Positions 1 through 9,881 of a DNA stretch of 64,000 nucleotides are shown in pieces. This DNA is from a virus. Its lineage: Duplodnaviria; Caudoviricetes. The first letter of the stretch is position 1. Each line of letters begins with the position of its first letter. The stretch lies in the IMG/VR virus record IMGVR_UViG_2627853700_000003, positions 1 to 64,000 of that record; one strand, 5' to 3'. The notes beneath the pieces were generated by a model. It was given only the letters and a program-made list of their open reading frames with translations. It did no database searches and was not told the origin of the DNA. The translations under genes were made by a program, and so were the position numbers.

Positions 1-165
1 TTAATGGCTCTTTTCTTTTGCTAATAAATTAGACATTACTTCATTCACTTTTAGATTCACTTTCTTAATTGCATCAGCCGATGGTTGATTCATGCTTTCA
101 ATCGTTATACGATATTTTTCTATTTCAAACGATTGCTTTGACGATGATTTAACGAATTCACTCAT
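1..165 (-). CDS. 54-aa protein at the yotN/sprB position; candidate recombination directionality factor
   Basis: Hand-translated MSEFVKSSSKQSFEIEKYRITIESMNQPSADAIKKVNLKVNEVMSNLLAKEKSH*; ATGA overlap with the upstream resolvase; function from position only. Confidence 0.5.
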   Translation of the reverse strand: MSEFVKSSSKQSFEIEKYRITIESMNQPSADAIKKVNLKVNEVMSNLLAKEKSH

Positions 166-716
166 ACAGCGCTCACACTCTGCTGTTCTTTTTTAATCAA
201 ATCATCGCAAAGCTTGTTTAAATAATATGTATAGTTAACTTTTTTCTTCATCGAACGGACTTCTGTGCCGATCTCTTCACAAATTGCAATTGGAATGCTG
301 GCTTTGTTTACTTTATTCTTATATGTATGTTTCAATTGTTTTTCAGCTATGTTCTTATATGTAAGGAAATCATTAATATGTACGAAATAAACTTTATTTT
401 CCGGCTCTCTAAATTGAAACAGAAACCCAGGGATTACGTTTGGATATTGCGTAGCCTCTTTTAAGTGTTTTATCTGCTGCGGCTTTATAATCTTCTCTTG
501 AAAGGCAATAGACTTATCCTTTGTTGATTTAAGCTCAAAGGGGAACAAGTATCCCTTAAAGTGCAAGAAGCAATCATATTTGTTTTTTGATACTGCAGCT
601 CCCCTTTTTAAAAACACTGGATTAACATCTTTAATCCTGTAGAAGAACAGCTTTTGATCTGCAGCTGATTTTTCTATATTTGCTTCAAAGACCTTGCCTT
701 GGTTTGTACCTGCCAA
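162..716 (-). CDS. yotM: RecU-like Holliday junction resolvase
   Basis: GKVFEANI...YDCFL...FELKST...QIKHL PD-(D/E)xK RecU pattern; synteny. Confidence 0.85.
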   Translation of the reverse strand: MAGTNQGKVFEANIEKSAADQKLFFYRIKDVNPVFLKRGAAVSKNKYDCFLHFKGYLFPFELKSTKDKSIAFQEKIIKPQQIKHLKEATQYPNVIPGFLFQFREPENKVYFVHINDFLTYKNIAEKQLKHTYKNKVNKASIPIAICEEIGTEVRSMKKKVNYTYYLNKLCDDLIKKEQQSVSAV

Positions 717-795
717 TCAATCACTCTCCTAAAATATTGAAACCAAAATTGATATTAAAATAAACCTTTGTTACACTGTTTTATGTTAATTAATA

Positions 796-1053
796 TTGAA
801 AGAAGTGTACGAAATGAAGCAATGGACACCCCTACGCCCTCGTTTAAATGAATTAATGTTTGAATATGATCTCACAGTTGATGACCTTTTCAAACGCACA
901 GGATATCCGAGACAACGTATCCACGATTATATAAGTGGAGCTAAAGCAAATATGAACTTAGCTACAGGCATGACTTTTGCTGATGCCATTGGTTGCTCAA
1001 TTGAAGAGCTGTACGAATGGAACCATGAAGAAAGAAGAAAAGTTAAATCTTAA
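796..1053 (+). CDS. yotL: Xre/Cro-type HTH regulator
   Basis: RLNELM...DDLFKRTGYPRQRIHDY...ADAIGCSIEELY HTH pattern. Confidence 0.8.
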   Translation: MKEVYEMKQWTPLRPRLNELMFEYDLTVDDLFKRTGYPRQRIHDYISGAKANMNLATGMTFADAIGCSIEELYEWNHEERRKVKS

Positions 1054-1228
1054 TTCCTTTTCGAGCCCATCTGATTTCCTGCATCAATTCTTCCTTATTA
1101 TCCGAAAGGTTGATTAGGTTACGGTGGGCTCTTTCGTATTCTTTGTTCTCGAGAGCTTCTTTCACCGTACCCATTTGTCTTTCCATTTTGTTGAACAGTA
1201 TTTGAATTGTTTTATGTTCTTCAGCTAT
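1043..1228 (-). CDS. yotK: YotK-like 61-codon ORF with ATA in place of a canonical start
   Basis: SD GAGGTGGAGG then ATA GCT GAA GAA... open to TAA at 1043; not in the ORF track. Confidence 0.55.
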   Translation of the reverse strand: MAEEHKTIQILFNKMERQMGTVKEALENKEYERAHRNLINLSDNKEELMQEIRWARKGIKI

Positions 1229-1283
1229 TATCCTCCACCTCTAATCATCTAATTTTATTTTTACTCTAAATAGAAGACCGATT

Positions 1284-1640
1284 TCATAAAGAATTAAGTC
1301 CAGCACAGTAATTGCAAAACGCTACTCCGTTGTTAGTTACCCAATCTTCCCCCAATTCATCGCCACACTCAGCGCATCGGCAGCTCGATATTACTTCGTT
1401 TAGAAGCGCAATGTGATCGAGTAGCACCGGAATGTCTTGGTGTGCATTTGCAATAAATTCTGCATCTTCTTTAGTTACTGTTGCTGCTAAACCATCTTCA
1501 AGAGTAACTACCCAATAACGAAGGTTTTCATTCCCAGGCCATTCATGATGAATGTTTGCATTCCAATATCCTTTAGTCGTTATTTCCGCACGCTGACGGA
1601 TTTCTTCGAGTTGGGCTTTCGTTAGCTTCTCATTCATCAA
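1284..1640 (-). CDS. Phage protein with Ead/Ea22-like N-terminus and C-terminal CxxC...CxxC zinc finger
   Basis: ORF track; DAEFIANAHQDIPVLL; CAEC...CNYC. Confidence 0.6.
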   Translation of the reverse strand: MMNEKLTKAQLEEIRQRAEITTKGYWNANIHHEWPGNENLRYWVVTLEDGLAATVTKEDAEFIANAHQDIPVLLDHIALLNEVISSCRCAECGDELGEDWVTNNGVAFCNYCAGLNSL

Positions 1641-1996
1641 GCATTCACTCCTTCGATATTGATTTCGAGAATGTCGAGTGTATTGCGTATTCCGGTTAAT
1701 ACTCCGACATTATGGCGTTTACCTTCAATATCCCCTGCTACATACCTCTCATCCCGCGATCTTTTTATACCCTCATAATAGTCCCGCAGTTTTTCCTCAG
1801 GTGTCGGTTCAGATTCATAACCGTTAATTAATGCAGCAGCTAATGTTAGTAAATCAAGATTATATAAACAACCGCTTTTATTATCGCCAACTGATAAGCT
1901 ATCATTTGTGTATGATAGTAATATTCCTTCATCGCTCAATCTTAATCGGAGTTCTTCTATAGCCTCTGCCTGTTCCTTTGTGATTGTCGGCTTCAT
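1637..1996 (-). CDS. Hypothetical phage protein (DUF1642-like)
   Basis: ORF track; LAAALINGYE motif; coupled to neighbours. Confidence 0.55.
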   Translation of the reverse strand: MKPTITKEQAEAIEELRLRLSDEGILLSYTNDSLSVGDNKSGCLYNLDLLTLAAALINGYESEPTPEEKLRDYYEGIKRSRDERYVAGDIEGKRHNVGVLTGIRNTLDILEINIEGVNA

Positions 1997-2385
1997 TTTA
2001 ACGCCTCCTTTGCGATTGTTTGAATAAGATATACTGTATTTGAAAACTGCATGATATCTGGTTTTATAATATAAGTACCTTTAGCAACCGAATTATCCTC
2101 TACGTAAAAATCATTAGCGAGCTCCGTAATTTCCTGAAAAGACGCCTTCAATCGCTCATTCTCACCCATTAAATCTGCTACAGCACAACGTAGTTGTTTG
2201 ACTTCCTCAGTCATTGGTTCCGTAAATAAATCATCCGCAGAGGCTTCTCGTTCAGTTCCATCCTCGTTTACGATGTAAAAACTGCCCTTTACACCAGGAT
2301 CATCATGTCGCATTTTAACCCCGAGTTTTTTGGCACTCTCCTTGATGCGTTCATTATTAAACCCAAAACTTTTCATACTCTCCAC
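1993..2385 (-). CDS. Hypothetical phage protein
   Basis: ORF track, SD, coupling. Confidence 0.6.
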   Translation of the reverse strand: MESMKSFGFNNERIKESAKKLGVKMRHDDPGVKGSFYIVNEDGTEREASADDLFTEPMTEEVKQLRCAVADLMGENERLKASFQEITELANDFYVEDNSVAKGTYIIKPDIMQFSNTVYLIQTIAKEALK

Positions 2386-2387
2386 CT

Positions 2388-2714
2388 CTAAGTTAAATTA
2401 ATTTGATTCTCAATTTCCTCAATAAACGCTTCTAATGCTTCTTCATCAACCATAACTTGTCCATCCTGAACTTTGATGATTTCTTTCATTCGGCCATCCA
2501 TATTTCTAAATGATTCTACTTCCTCAACAGTTAATGCTTCTCTGTATTTTTTTATGTAAAGAAGAATATTTTTAAGGGATACAATCTCCCCAATTATGTG
2601 GAGATTGAAATCTATTTGTTCCACTTCTAGCCGGAGTAAAGTTGCTTCCTTTTCTAAAACATCAAATTCAAGCTGTTCTTTCTTTGACAACAATTCTTGC
2701 TCTTTTTGTTGCAA
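2388..2714 (-). CDS. yosX: YosX-like coiled-coil protein
   Basis: ORF track, SD GAGGTG, synteny. Confidence 0.6.
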   Translation of the reverse strand: MQQKEQELLSKKEQLEFDVLEKEATLLRLEVEQIDFNLHIIGEIVSLKNILLYIKKYREALTVEEVESFRNMDGRMKEIIKVQDGQVMVDEEALEAFIEEIENQINLT

Positions 2715-2786
2715 TTAATCACCTCTATGCTTATTTTTTATTTTTATGACTTATTACAATGCAACATCCCCATTGGATATACGATA

Positions 2787-2815
2787 ATAATATACTTATA
2801 TTTTGTTTTTGTCTA
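2787..2815 (-). promoter_or_regulatory. sigmaA promoter TAGACA-17-TATTAT with repeated operator (SPBRE-like) in the spacer
   Basis: Spacer AAAACAAAATATAAGTA resembles the copies at 17467 and 32987. Confidence 0.7.
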
Positions 2816-3331
2816 TGGTTTTCTGAAATTTTCATAAGTAATAAATGAATAATCCTGTCCTTTTGTTGTTATTGCACTCCGATGATCCTTTTCAATTACT
2901 CTCCAGTCATCATTTAACCTTGGAAAATATGAATCTGCCTTCGCAACGACTGAATCAACAATCGCTAAATAAACCTTATCTGCATGGGGTAAGAATGCCT
3001 CGTATATAGCACCTCCTCCAATGACCATTACCTCTTCATCTTTATCCAATTGTCCTCGTATAAGCTTTAATACATCGTTAACCGAATGATAAACAAATGA
3101 AGAGTGATCAGGCTTGAAATCTTTATTTTTAGTCAATATGATATTACTTCGGTTTTGAAGTGGTTTTCCTGTAATGTTTACGATTGATTCGTATGTAAGC
3201 CTTCCCTGTATACACAGCTTTCCTGTAGTGAGTTCTTTAAAACGTTTCATGTCTTCAGGAATATGGTAAAGCAAATTATTCTCATACCCGATGGCCATTG
3301 ATTTGTCGCAGCAAGCAATAAGAGATAGCAT
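2813..3331 (-). CDS. dfrA: Dihydrofolate reductase
   Basis: MLSLIAC...IGYENNL...PEDMKRFK...GR.TYES...VIGGG...ADSYFP. Confidence 0.95.
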   Translation of the reverse strand: MLSLIACCDKSMAIGYENNLLYHIPEDMKRFKELTTGKLCIQGRLTYESIVNITGKPLQNRSNIILTKNKDFKPDHSSFVYHSVNDVLKLIRGQLDKDEEVMVIGGGAIYEAFLPHADKVYLAIVDSVVAKADSYFPRLNDDWRVIEKDHRSAITTKGQDYSFITYENFRKP

Positions 3332-4170
3332 TATACTGCTACCTCAAAGTAAAGCTTGTCTCCATGCTTATAATTAATCAGCTTGAAATCGTCAATGGTA
3401 AAGTCATAGAAGTCCTTTACATCTGGATTAATCCATAACTCAGGTGCTTCATGCTGCTCTCTGTCCATTTGAATTTTCAAATTGTCTATATGACGAGTGT
3501 ATACATGACAGTCTCCGATATTGAAGATGTACTCACCTAGCTCATAGCCAGTAACTTGAGCAATCATACGTTGCAATACATTGTACTGAAACACATTAAA
3601 CGGATTTCCGAGCGCGAGATCACTGCTGCGACAGAAAACTTCTAAATGCAACTTCCCGCCTTTTATAAGCCATTGAGTACCATAGACACAGGGAGTCAAT
3701 GCCATCGAGTCTAATTCATCAGGATTCCAAAGCGTTGTAATATGTCTGCGTGATGATGGATTATTTTTCAACTGATGAATAAGATAGTCAACCTGGTCAA
3801 CTTTCTCACCGTTTAGCATTCTGTTCTTCTTACCAAGCTGATAACCATATGCTTTGCCGATTGTACCGTCTTCTTGTTTCCATTGATCCCAGATATGTAC
3901 GCCCATCTTGTTTAATTCGTTAACATCATTTGATTTAAGCTGCCATATCCAAAGTAATTCTCTGATTGCCGTTTTCCACGCGACTTTTTTAGTCGTTAAA
4001 ATCGGTACTTCTGAATTATCAAAGCGCATTTGCTTACTGATTACACTTAATGTATGTGCTGGTGTTCCATCAGTATCCCATTTGGTTCTGACATCGAATT
4101 CTTCGTCTGATGCCCCATTATTAATTATGTCATTTATGATTGTGTTGTATTGTCTATCAAACTGAGTCAT
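3331..4170 (-). CDS. thyA: Thymidylate synthase (phi3T ThyP3 type, 279 aa from MTQFDRQY)
   Basis: LTPC, RSSD, PFNVFQY, DCHVY motifs; SD AAGGAG before ATG at 4170. Confidence 0.95.
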   Translation of the reverse strand: MTQFDRQYNTIINDIINNGASDEEFDVRTKWDTDGTPAHTLSVISKQMRFDNSEVPILTTKKVAWKTAIRELLWIWQLKSNDVNELNKMGVHIWDQWKQEDGTIGKAYGYQLGKKNRMLNGEKVDQVDYLIHQLKNNPSSRRHITTLWNPDELDSMALTPCVYGTQWLIKGGKLHLEVFCRSSDLALGNPFNVFQYNVLQRMIAQVTGYELGEYIFNIGDCHVYTRHIDNLKIQMDREQHEAPELWINPDVKDFYDFTIDDFKLINYKHGDKLYFEVAV

Positions 4171-4184
4171 ATTTCTATTCTCCT

Positions 4185-4601
4185 TTATTGAAACCAACTG
4201 ATAATAAAGTTAACCACGAAGATAATATTACCGCAAACAAACAACATGTACACGAACTTGTTTTGTTTATTGTTTGAGTCACCTTCCAAAACATCAAGAA
4301 TTTTAAACATTGTTAAACCGGTATAAATTAAAGCAAAAGCTGTCCAAACTAACATTAATAAGTTACCGTGCGTAATCAGTCCAATAGTTGCCAAGGGGAT
4401 AATGAACGAAATCCCCTTGAACAATGTACAGGCATACACTAAGTTCTTATTTTTCTTCAGTTCTTTATACGGTGAATTAGAAAACATATGCGTAACTTTA
4501 GCGTATACGTTCTGTTCTCCTCGTGTAATTAATCTAATTTCATTAATGTTTAATGCAAATAAGTATGCTGCAAGTAATAACGTAAAGTATGTAATTCTAA
4601 T
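4185..4601 (-). CDS. Integral membrane protein; frame extends upstream of the ORF-track start to an ATT behind an SD
   Basis: AAGGAG-atgt-ATT AGA ATT ACA... is in frame with 4185..4487; hydrophobic segments. Confidence 0.55.
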   Translation of the reverse strand: MRITYFTLLLAAYLFALNINEIRLITRGEQNVYAKVTHMFSNSPYKELKKNKNLVYACTLFKGISFIIPLATIGLITHGNLLMLVWTAFALIYTGLTMFKILDVLEGDSNNKQNKFVYMLFVCGNIIFVVNFIISWFQ

Positions 4602-4641
4602 ACATCTCCTTATTTTATTTTTACCCTATAAATAACTATGC

Positions 4642-4962
4642 TTAATCAAACAGCTCGCCGGCTCTCTTCATGTCTTTGATTTCCTCACTCACACTTTCTT
4701 TGATTGCATGAGGTAGCCGGTCAATTCCTCGTTGTATTCTTTTCTGACCTGTGTTTCTTATATGTATTGTTAGTTCTTTAAAGGCCTCCATTGATTCGTC
4801 TGATATTAAATCAAACAGCCGTTGTATCTTAGCTAATAAGCTTATATATTCTTCATCGTCTTCACTGAAAAGTTTGAGACCCTGTTCAAGGTTGTTTATT
4901 TCTTTTAGATGATTTTTTATTTTTTCTATGTGATTATCCATGATGGCTAAACCTTTCAACAA
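4642..4962 (-). CDS. Hypothetical phage protein
   Basis: ORF track. Confidence 0.6.
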   Translation of the reverse strand: MLKGLAIMDNHIEKIKNHLKEINNLEQGLKLFSEDDEEYISLLAKIQRLFDLISDESMEAFKELTIHIRNTGQKRIQRGIDRLPHAIKESVSEEIKDMKRAGELFD

Positions 4963-5206
4963 TTTCTAAAACTTCAGCGAGCTTATCTGTTAGCTGTCTT
5001 CCCAGGTCTGTTGTTTGTTCCTGATCCAGTTTGTTCATTTTTCCTTTGCCATTAAGAATATCTCTCTTTTCCTCCAAAATTCCAATTTCAATTTTAATTT
5101 TAATCAGTTCTCTATAAGCTTCGCTTTCTTTGGGAAGCAATCCAGAGACAACTTTTACAGCCTGTAGTTCTTTGTTTAATTTATAATAATGATAAGTATT
5201 CTCCAT
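4934..5206 (-). CDS. Hypothetical phage protein
   Basis: ORF track, SD. Confidence 0.6.
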   Translation of the reverse strand: MENTYHYYKLNKELQAVKVVSGLLPKESEAYRELIKIKIEIGILEEKRDILNGKGKMNKLDQEQTTDLGRQLTDKLAEVLEIVERFSHHG

Positions 5207-5225
5207 ATCTTTTCCCCTTTTTGTT

Positions 5226-5429
5226 TTAATTTGATTCTAATAAACTCAAAAAATTAACTGCTGCGACTCTATACCTTTGGTCTTCTTCATAAGCTGCAAC
5301 TTGTTTCATATGCTCCAAAAACACATCTTCAAGCCCATGTTTTTGAATAAATCCTAAACACAGACCATTCCTGAAGAGCATGTTGTCATATTTTGCTTGC
5401 AAATCTTTATAACTGTTTTTGTTTATCGT
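5226..5429 (-). CDS. 67-codon ORF with ACG at the start position
   Basis: AAGGAGG-aaaaag-ACG ATA AAC AAA... open to TAA at 5226. Confidence 0.5.
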   Translation of the reverse strand, partial: TINKNSYKDLQAKYDNMLFRNGLCLGFIQKHGLEDVFLEHMKQVAAYEEDQRYRVAAVNFLSLLESN

Positions 5430-5547
5430 CTTTTTCCTCCTTATTGTTTAGATAAAAGTCTTCTTTTATAGAGATGTTCGTTCAATCGACACCCTTTGGT
5501 ATCCCTAAGTTCTTTATAAACTTCAGGCATCACAATTTCGCTTTTTT

Positions 5548-5712
5548 CTAAATTTTAAACTTGTACATGTTCCCTTTTCTGTCTACATGATAGCGTCCTT
5601 TTGGATAATATACATATCCATCTGCATTTACCTTATCAATTACATTAAACATGAATTCGCCATGTTTTGTATTCCCTGACATCCACGCCTTTTTACGTAA
5701 TCTTTTTTTCAT
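5548..5712 (-). CDS. Small basic hypothetical protein (MKKRLRKKAW...)
   Basis: SD AAGGAG precedes ATG at 5712, inside ORF 5548..5799. Confidence 0.5.
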   Translation of the reverse strand: MKKRLRKKAWMSGNTKHGEFMFNVIDKVNADGYVYYPKGRYHVDRKGNMYKFKI

Positions 5713-5833
5713 CCAGCATCTCCTTTGTAGGTATAATTGTTGAATTTTTTTGAGTATTTTAAGTTGTAACCTGACTGCGACCCTCCACTGGATAGACATA
5801 CATCATTAGACCTCAGTCAGGACTTGACTTGTA

Positions 5834-6262
5834 TTACTTAGTTCCAGTCGATCCGTGCCCACCGCGATCATCGTTACCTAGATGATCTACCTCTATCAAT
5901 TCAACTTCAGGCATCTTCTTCATAATTCTGAACTGACAGATACGATCCCCTTTTTTAATTTCTGTATCCCGTAATGCATAAGCCGGAAAGAACCAGAAAT
6001 CATTGTCTCCCTTGTAGGACTCATCAATAATACCCATTGAGTTTGTTTCAATGATGCCAAAGTTTTTAAATGTACTTGAACGAGGAACGACATGAGCTTC
6101 ATATCCTTCTGGCAGCTCCATTGCCACTCCTAACGGGATAAGTTTGAATTCATTCTTTTTGATTGCAACATCTTCAGATGCTCGAAGATCAATCCAATCC
6201 CCCTGCTCAATTTTGTTAATTCTTGTTTGTGATTCATCTAGGTATTTGATTTTAATTTGCAT
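5834..6262 (-). CDS. yosS: dUTPase (trimeric)
   Basis: [35 protein letters not shown]. Confidence 0.95.
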   Translation of the reverse strand: MQIKIKYLDESQTRINKIEQGDWIDLRASEDVAIKKNEFKLIPLGVAMELPEGYEAHVVPRSSTFKNFGIIETNSMGIIDESYKGDNDFWFFPAYALRDTEIKKGDRICQFRIMKKMPEVELIEVDHLGNDDRGGHGSTGTK

Positions 6263-6310
6263 TATGTATTAACTCCTTTTGTTTTTTAATTTATTTTGTC
6301 TAACAATATT

Positions 6311-6679
6311 TTAATTGTAGAGTTTAAGATTTCTCACCCATTCAGGAAGCTGTTCAGGTGTCTTAATGCCGTAGTTAATACAAGTCAGAGTATTAGGCTC
6401 AAGTTGTGTATAACCTTTATCTCTAATAACAGTATATCCTCCTGCATGTTCTAACTCTTCAAGTTTGTATTGGGGGCATTTTAAGATGATTTTCTTTTGT
6501 TCTTTCATATATTCATCTAGGCTTTTAATTTCTCTTCCTTCACTTAATGGCTTGACTGCTTTGTGATATACATAGCTCATTACTGCATGCCCAACCTGCC
6601 CAGCTAACTTCCCTTTGCTGATTTTGATATCCTCGTTAACTAAAATATACATTCTATAATCTCTCATATTTAACCTCAT
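6311..6679 (-). CDS. Peptidyl-tRNA hydrolase, Pth2 family
   Basis: KGKLAGQVGHA, QKKIILK, IRDKGYTQLEPNTLTC are Pth2 signatures. Confidence 0.85.
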   Translation of the reverse strand: MRLNMRDYRMYILVNEDIKISKGKLAGQVGHAVMSYVYHKAVKPLSEGREIKSLDEYMKEQKKIILKCPQYKLEELEHAGGYTVIRDKGYTQLEPNTLTCINYGIKTPEQLPEWVRNLKLYN

Positions 6680-6902
6680 TTATTGATCCTTTCTGAACGA
6701 TTTCCCACTGTTCCAAATTCAAACTCTTTACTGTATGAGGAGATATTTCATCACACCATATAACTGGCGTACCAGTATTGTCTGGACTATCTCCATAAAC
6801 TGTGTAAATGCAATTAGTTTCAAAATGCCAATCCCCTCTTAGGCATTTAAGTTTGTCTCCAATCTTTATTAACGATTTTTGTTCTTCTGAAATTTTAAAC
6901 AA
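6654..6902 (-). CDS. Hypothetical phage protein
   Basis: ORF track, SD GGAGG. Confidence 0.55.
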   Translation of the reverse strand: MFKISEEQKSLIKIGDKLKCLRGDWHFETNCIYTVYGDSPDNTGTPVIWCDEISPHTVKSLNLEQWEIVQKGSINEVKYERL

Positions 6903-7137
6903 CCTCCCTTGCTAACTTATCAAGCTCATCGGGATTAAAGCCAATGCTTCGTTTTACTTCCTCTCCTTGATCACTCAGCAGAATGGTTACCGATACTCCC
7001 ATTACCCCATATTATGCTGCCGCTTCTGGCTTCTGTATTACATCAACTGTCTCATATTTGACTCCTGCATCATTTAAGTAATTGGACACCATTTTGCAGG
7101 GATTGCAATTCGGTTGTTCTAATTTAATCAGTCTCAT
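6895..7137 (-). pseudogene. yosR: NrdH-like thioredoxin with internal stop codon
   Basis: MRLIKLEQPNCNPCKMV...PEAAA*YGVMGVSVTILL...; in-frame TAA at 7012-7014. Confidence 0.85.
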
Positions 7138-7857
7138 TTAAATCGCCTCTCTTTTATATTTGAATTTCCATCCTTTATGTGTTTTAGCCCTTCCAGATAA
7201 ACACCGCATAATACCTTGTTTAATTAATCCATGGTCTCTTGCAAACTCCCTAATTCCTTTAGCTTCAATCAAAACTCCTTCAGGAGATAATGCGAATATT
7301 TCTTTTTTAATATTTTCTAAGTCTCTATAATTGTTGTTTTCTTTCTTAGTTAAGAAGCAACATGTTACAAGTGAATATTTCCTTTTATTTATTGGCACAT
7401 TTATTTGAATTTTATCTTTATCCAAATGAATCTTTCCTTGAGAAAACAGGATCTCATCATACCCTTTGATTAAAGGGAGATCCTCTAAAAAATTCTCGAA
7501 GCAATGCCACCTTCTTTCCACAGTCACTCCTTTGGCACCGTATCTTTCATAACCACTTCCCCTTGGATGATAGCAACGCTCAAGCATTCCGCTCCAAACA
7601 CTGTACTCCTTTTTATGATCAGTCATTTTCACATTGCCCATGTACCCTACTCCGAATACAGACTTCTCAAACTTATCTTTTATCTTCCCGCGTTTCATTT
7701 CAACTTTTTCAACAACTCTTCCATACCCAGTTTTAAGAAAACGAATTCTATATTTATATCTGTTCATTTCTCTAAAAACTTGAACCACTTTGTACTTTTG
7801 GTTTGCGTTATTCACATAAACTTTACCGACAAGACTGTCTTTTTTAAGTTTAACCAA
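7138..7857 (-). CDS. Free-standing homing endonuclease-like protein (HNH-like core, NUMOD1-like C-terminus)
   Basis: WSGMLERCY...YG.KGVTV..RW..FENF..D...LDKD...YSLVTCCF...NN; C-terminal REFARDHGL...[14 protein letters not shown]. Confidence 0.75.
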   Translation of the reverse strand: MVKLKKDSLVGKVYVNNANQKYKVVQVFREMNRYKYRIRFLKTGYGRVVEKVEMKRGKIKDKFEKSVFGVGYMGNVKMTDHKKEYSVWSGMLERCYHPRGSGYERYGAKGVTVERRWHCFENFLEDLPLIKGYDEILFSQGKIHLDKDKIQINVPINKRKYSLVTCCFLTKKENNNYRDLENIKKEIFALSPEGVLIEAKGIREFARDHGLIKQGIMRCLSGRAKTHKGWKFKYKREAI

Positions 7858-9629
7858 ATATAAAATCCGTGTCCCTTAATGATTCTACTGTTGCTTTTTT
7901 ATAGCCAACGCCCTTCATTGAAAAGAAGTCATGGGATTTAGTCTTTGTACTCAACCCATTGATAACAATGGGATTAACATCCTCTTCTTCAAACCAATGA
8001 TCGAATCCCAGATTGTTTAAAGCTTTATTAGCATTGTATCTGATAAATTTCTTCACATCTGGAGCTAAGCCAACCTGATCATAGACATCTTCTGTATACT
8101 CTAATTCATTTTCATAAAGCTCCTGTAGCAAGCTTAAAGCCCATGCATACAGTTCTTTTTGCTTCTCTGGTGTTTGCTTCTTATAAATCTCTTGAGCTAA
8201 TAAACCGATGTATACGCCGTGTAGCGCCTCGTCTCTAATACCTTTAGTTCAACCGAGTTCGCTACTCTCGGCTCGTTGCCCTGTCGCAACCGCCTTACGT
8301 TACCGTAAGGAGCAGACTATATCATCATCCCTGTAGGATGCCTCCCGTTTCGATTTAAGGGGTTCTCACCCACGCCAATAGCTTGCGCCCTACTCGTTTT
8401 GCGGAATTTCGCCGCCTATGCGATAGTCGTTGAACGTTCTATGCGATCCCATAAAGTCTTCCATCTTCTTTTATGTCGAATCAGACTAACGTAACGAGGA
8501 TGAAGGCTGTATTTTTCACCAGCTTCAACATTATTCATTCCAGCAAGCAAATCATAGATTAAATTTGTTGCCTCTGAGTCTGTGAGCTTTGACATTGAAT
8601 TACTTTCTCCAGGTTGTCCTGACATTAATCCAATTTTCATTGCGTGTAGAGTATTTTCTTTAGGTGTAACTATCTCTAAATTCCGAACGTGATTGTTTAG
8701 TTTATTTCCATCTATGTGGTTTACAAACATTCCTTTTGGTATTTCATGAATAAAATATTTTGCGACTAACCTATGTACTAAAAAGTTCTGTGTTCTTTTT
8801 TTCGGATGCGTGTATCCTATCATTTCATAGCCATGTGGAGTAATAAATGTCTTTCTTGGTTTCTTTAATTTTTTTGATATGATAACTCCCGTTTCCGTTA
8901 TCCACCAAGGTGCTTCTTCGACTTCTTTTCTTATCATTTTCACCTCCTTTGGGTTCGCATAGCTTCGCTGCTGATTGTCCTAAAAAGGATTTTCCAGCAA
9001 TTAGAGAGGTTCACATTTGCCGTTGCCGACAAAAGGGACTATTAAATAATCAGGTTAATAATCTCTCCACTCTGCATGAGCTTCCCTTGTCCATAAAAGT
9101 AAAGTGGATAATAAAACCCTGAATAGAAAAGGAAACTCTCTAGAAACACAGATGCAACCATTGCTTTAAATAAGGAGATATCATCGTTTTTCTGAACTGC
9201 TTTATAAATTAAAACAATTGTTCTAGCCTTCTTTTGAAGAAACCTATTGTTTTTCACCCATTCGAAGACTTCATTGATCTTCTCGGTCGGAGCCAAAGTT
9301 AGAAATATGTTGCTGTAGGATTTTGCGTGCACCGCGTTCTCCATCATCGCCATGAAATTAAGAACCGCTTTTCGCTGATGACCTTCGACGTGCTCGGCCA
9401 CAATCGGCATGCCCGTGTTCCCCTGCTCTGTGTCCAATAATGTAAGCCCGGCTAAAACTTTCATATAAGTGTCTTGCTCATTTTTACCCAAATACTTCCA
9501 AGTAAGAAGATCGCCGTTTAATGCGATCTCTTCCGGAAGCCAAAACTGCTTTACGTTTTGGTTGTAAAACATTTGGGTGAAATCATCTTCATGCTTTGAC
9601 CAGTTTGCTGCGTCATAAATTTTTGTCAA
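7850..9629 (-). CDS. nrdF: Class Ib ribonucleotide reductase beta subunit; exons 9629-9049 and 8240-7850 (323 aa spliced)
   Basis: Splicing restores [14 protein letters not shown]; FWLPEEI, VHAKSY motifs. Confidence 0.93.
8241..9048 (-). ncRNA. Group I intron in nrdF (808 nt) carrying an HNH ORF
   Basis: Exon ends in U, intron ends in G; core motifs such as GATATAGTCTG; frame restored on removal. Confidence 0.9.
8416..8943 (-). CDS. yosQ: Intron-encoded HNH homing endonuclease
   Basis: VHRLVA...[17 protein letters not shown]...EN..H. Confidence 0.92.
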   Translation of the reverse strand: MKMIRKEVEEAPWWITETGVIISKKLKKPRKTFITPHGYEMIGYTHPKKRTQNFLVHRLVAKYFIHEIPKGMFVNHIDGNKLNNHVRNLEIVTPKENTLHAMKIGLMSGQPGESNSMSKLTDSEATNLIYDLLAGMNNVEAGEKYSLHPRYVSLIRHKRRWKTLWDRIERSTTIA

Positions 9630-9881
9630 TTATTCGTCCTCCCTAACTTCTGGTACTCCAATAGCTACTGCAAGGTAATAACAATAAAAGAAGAAAACAG
9701 TTCGATCTTTCTTGAAAAATATAGGAACCCGTCGTTTTCTTCCCTTCTCATACCAAACTGTTTCTCCCAACGCAAATACAAGGCGAAAGCATCCAAGGCT
9801 GATATATAGATATCGGAAGACTTCGCCGACTTCCGTGATGCGTTTGTCCGTATAGATATTTAAACCACGCATGACAAGCAA
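9630..9881 (-). CDS. Hypothetical protein between nrdE and nrdF
   Basis: ORF track; fills the nrdE-nrdF gap and abuts the nrdF start. Confidence 0.45.
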   Translation of the reverse strand: MLVMRGLNIYTDKRITEVGEVFRYLYISLGCFRLVFALGETVWYEKGRKRRVPIFFKKDRTVFFFYCYYLAVAIGVPEVREDE

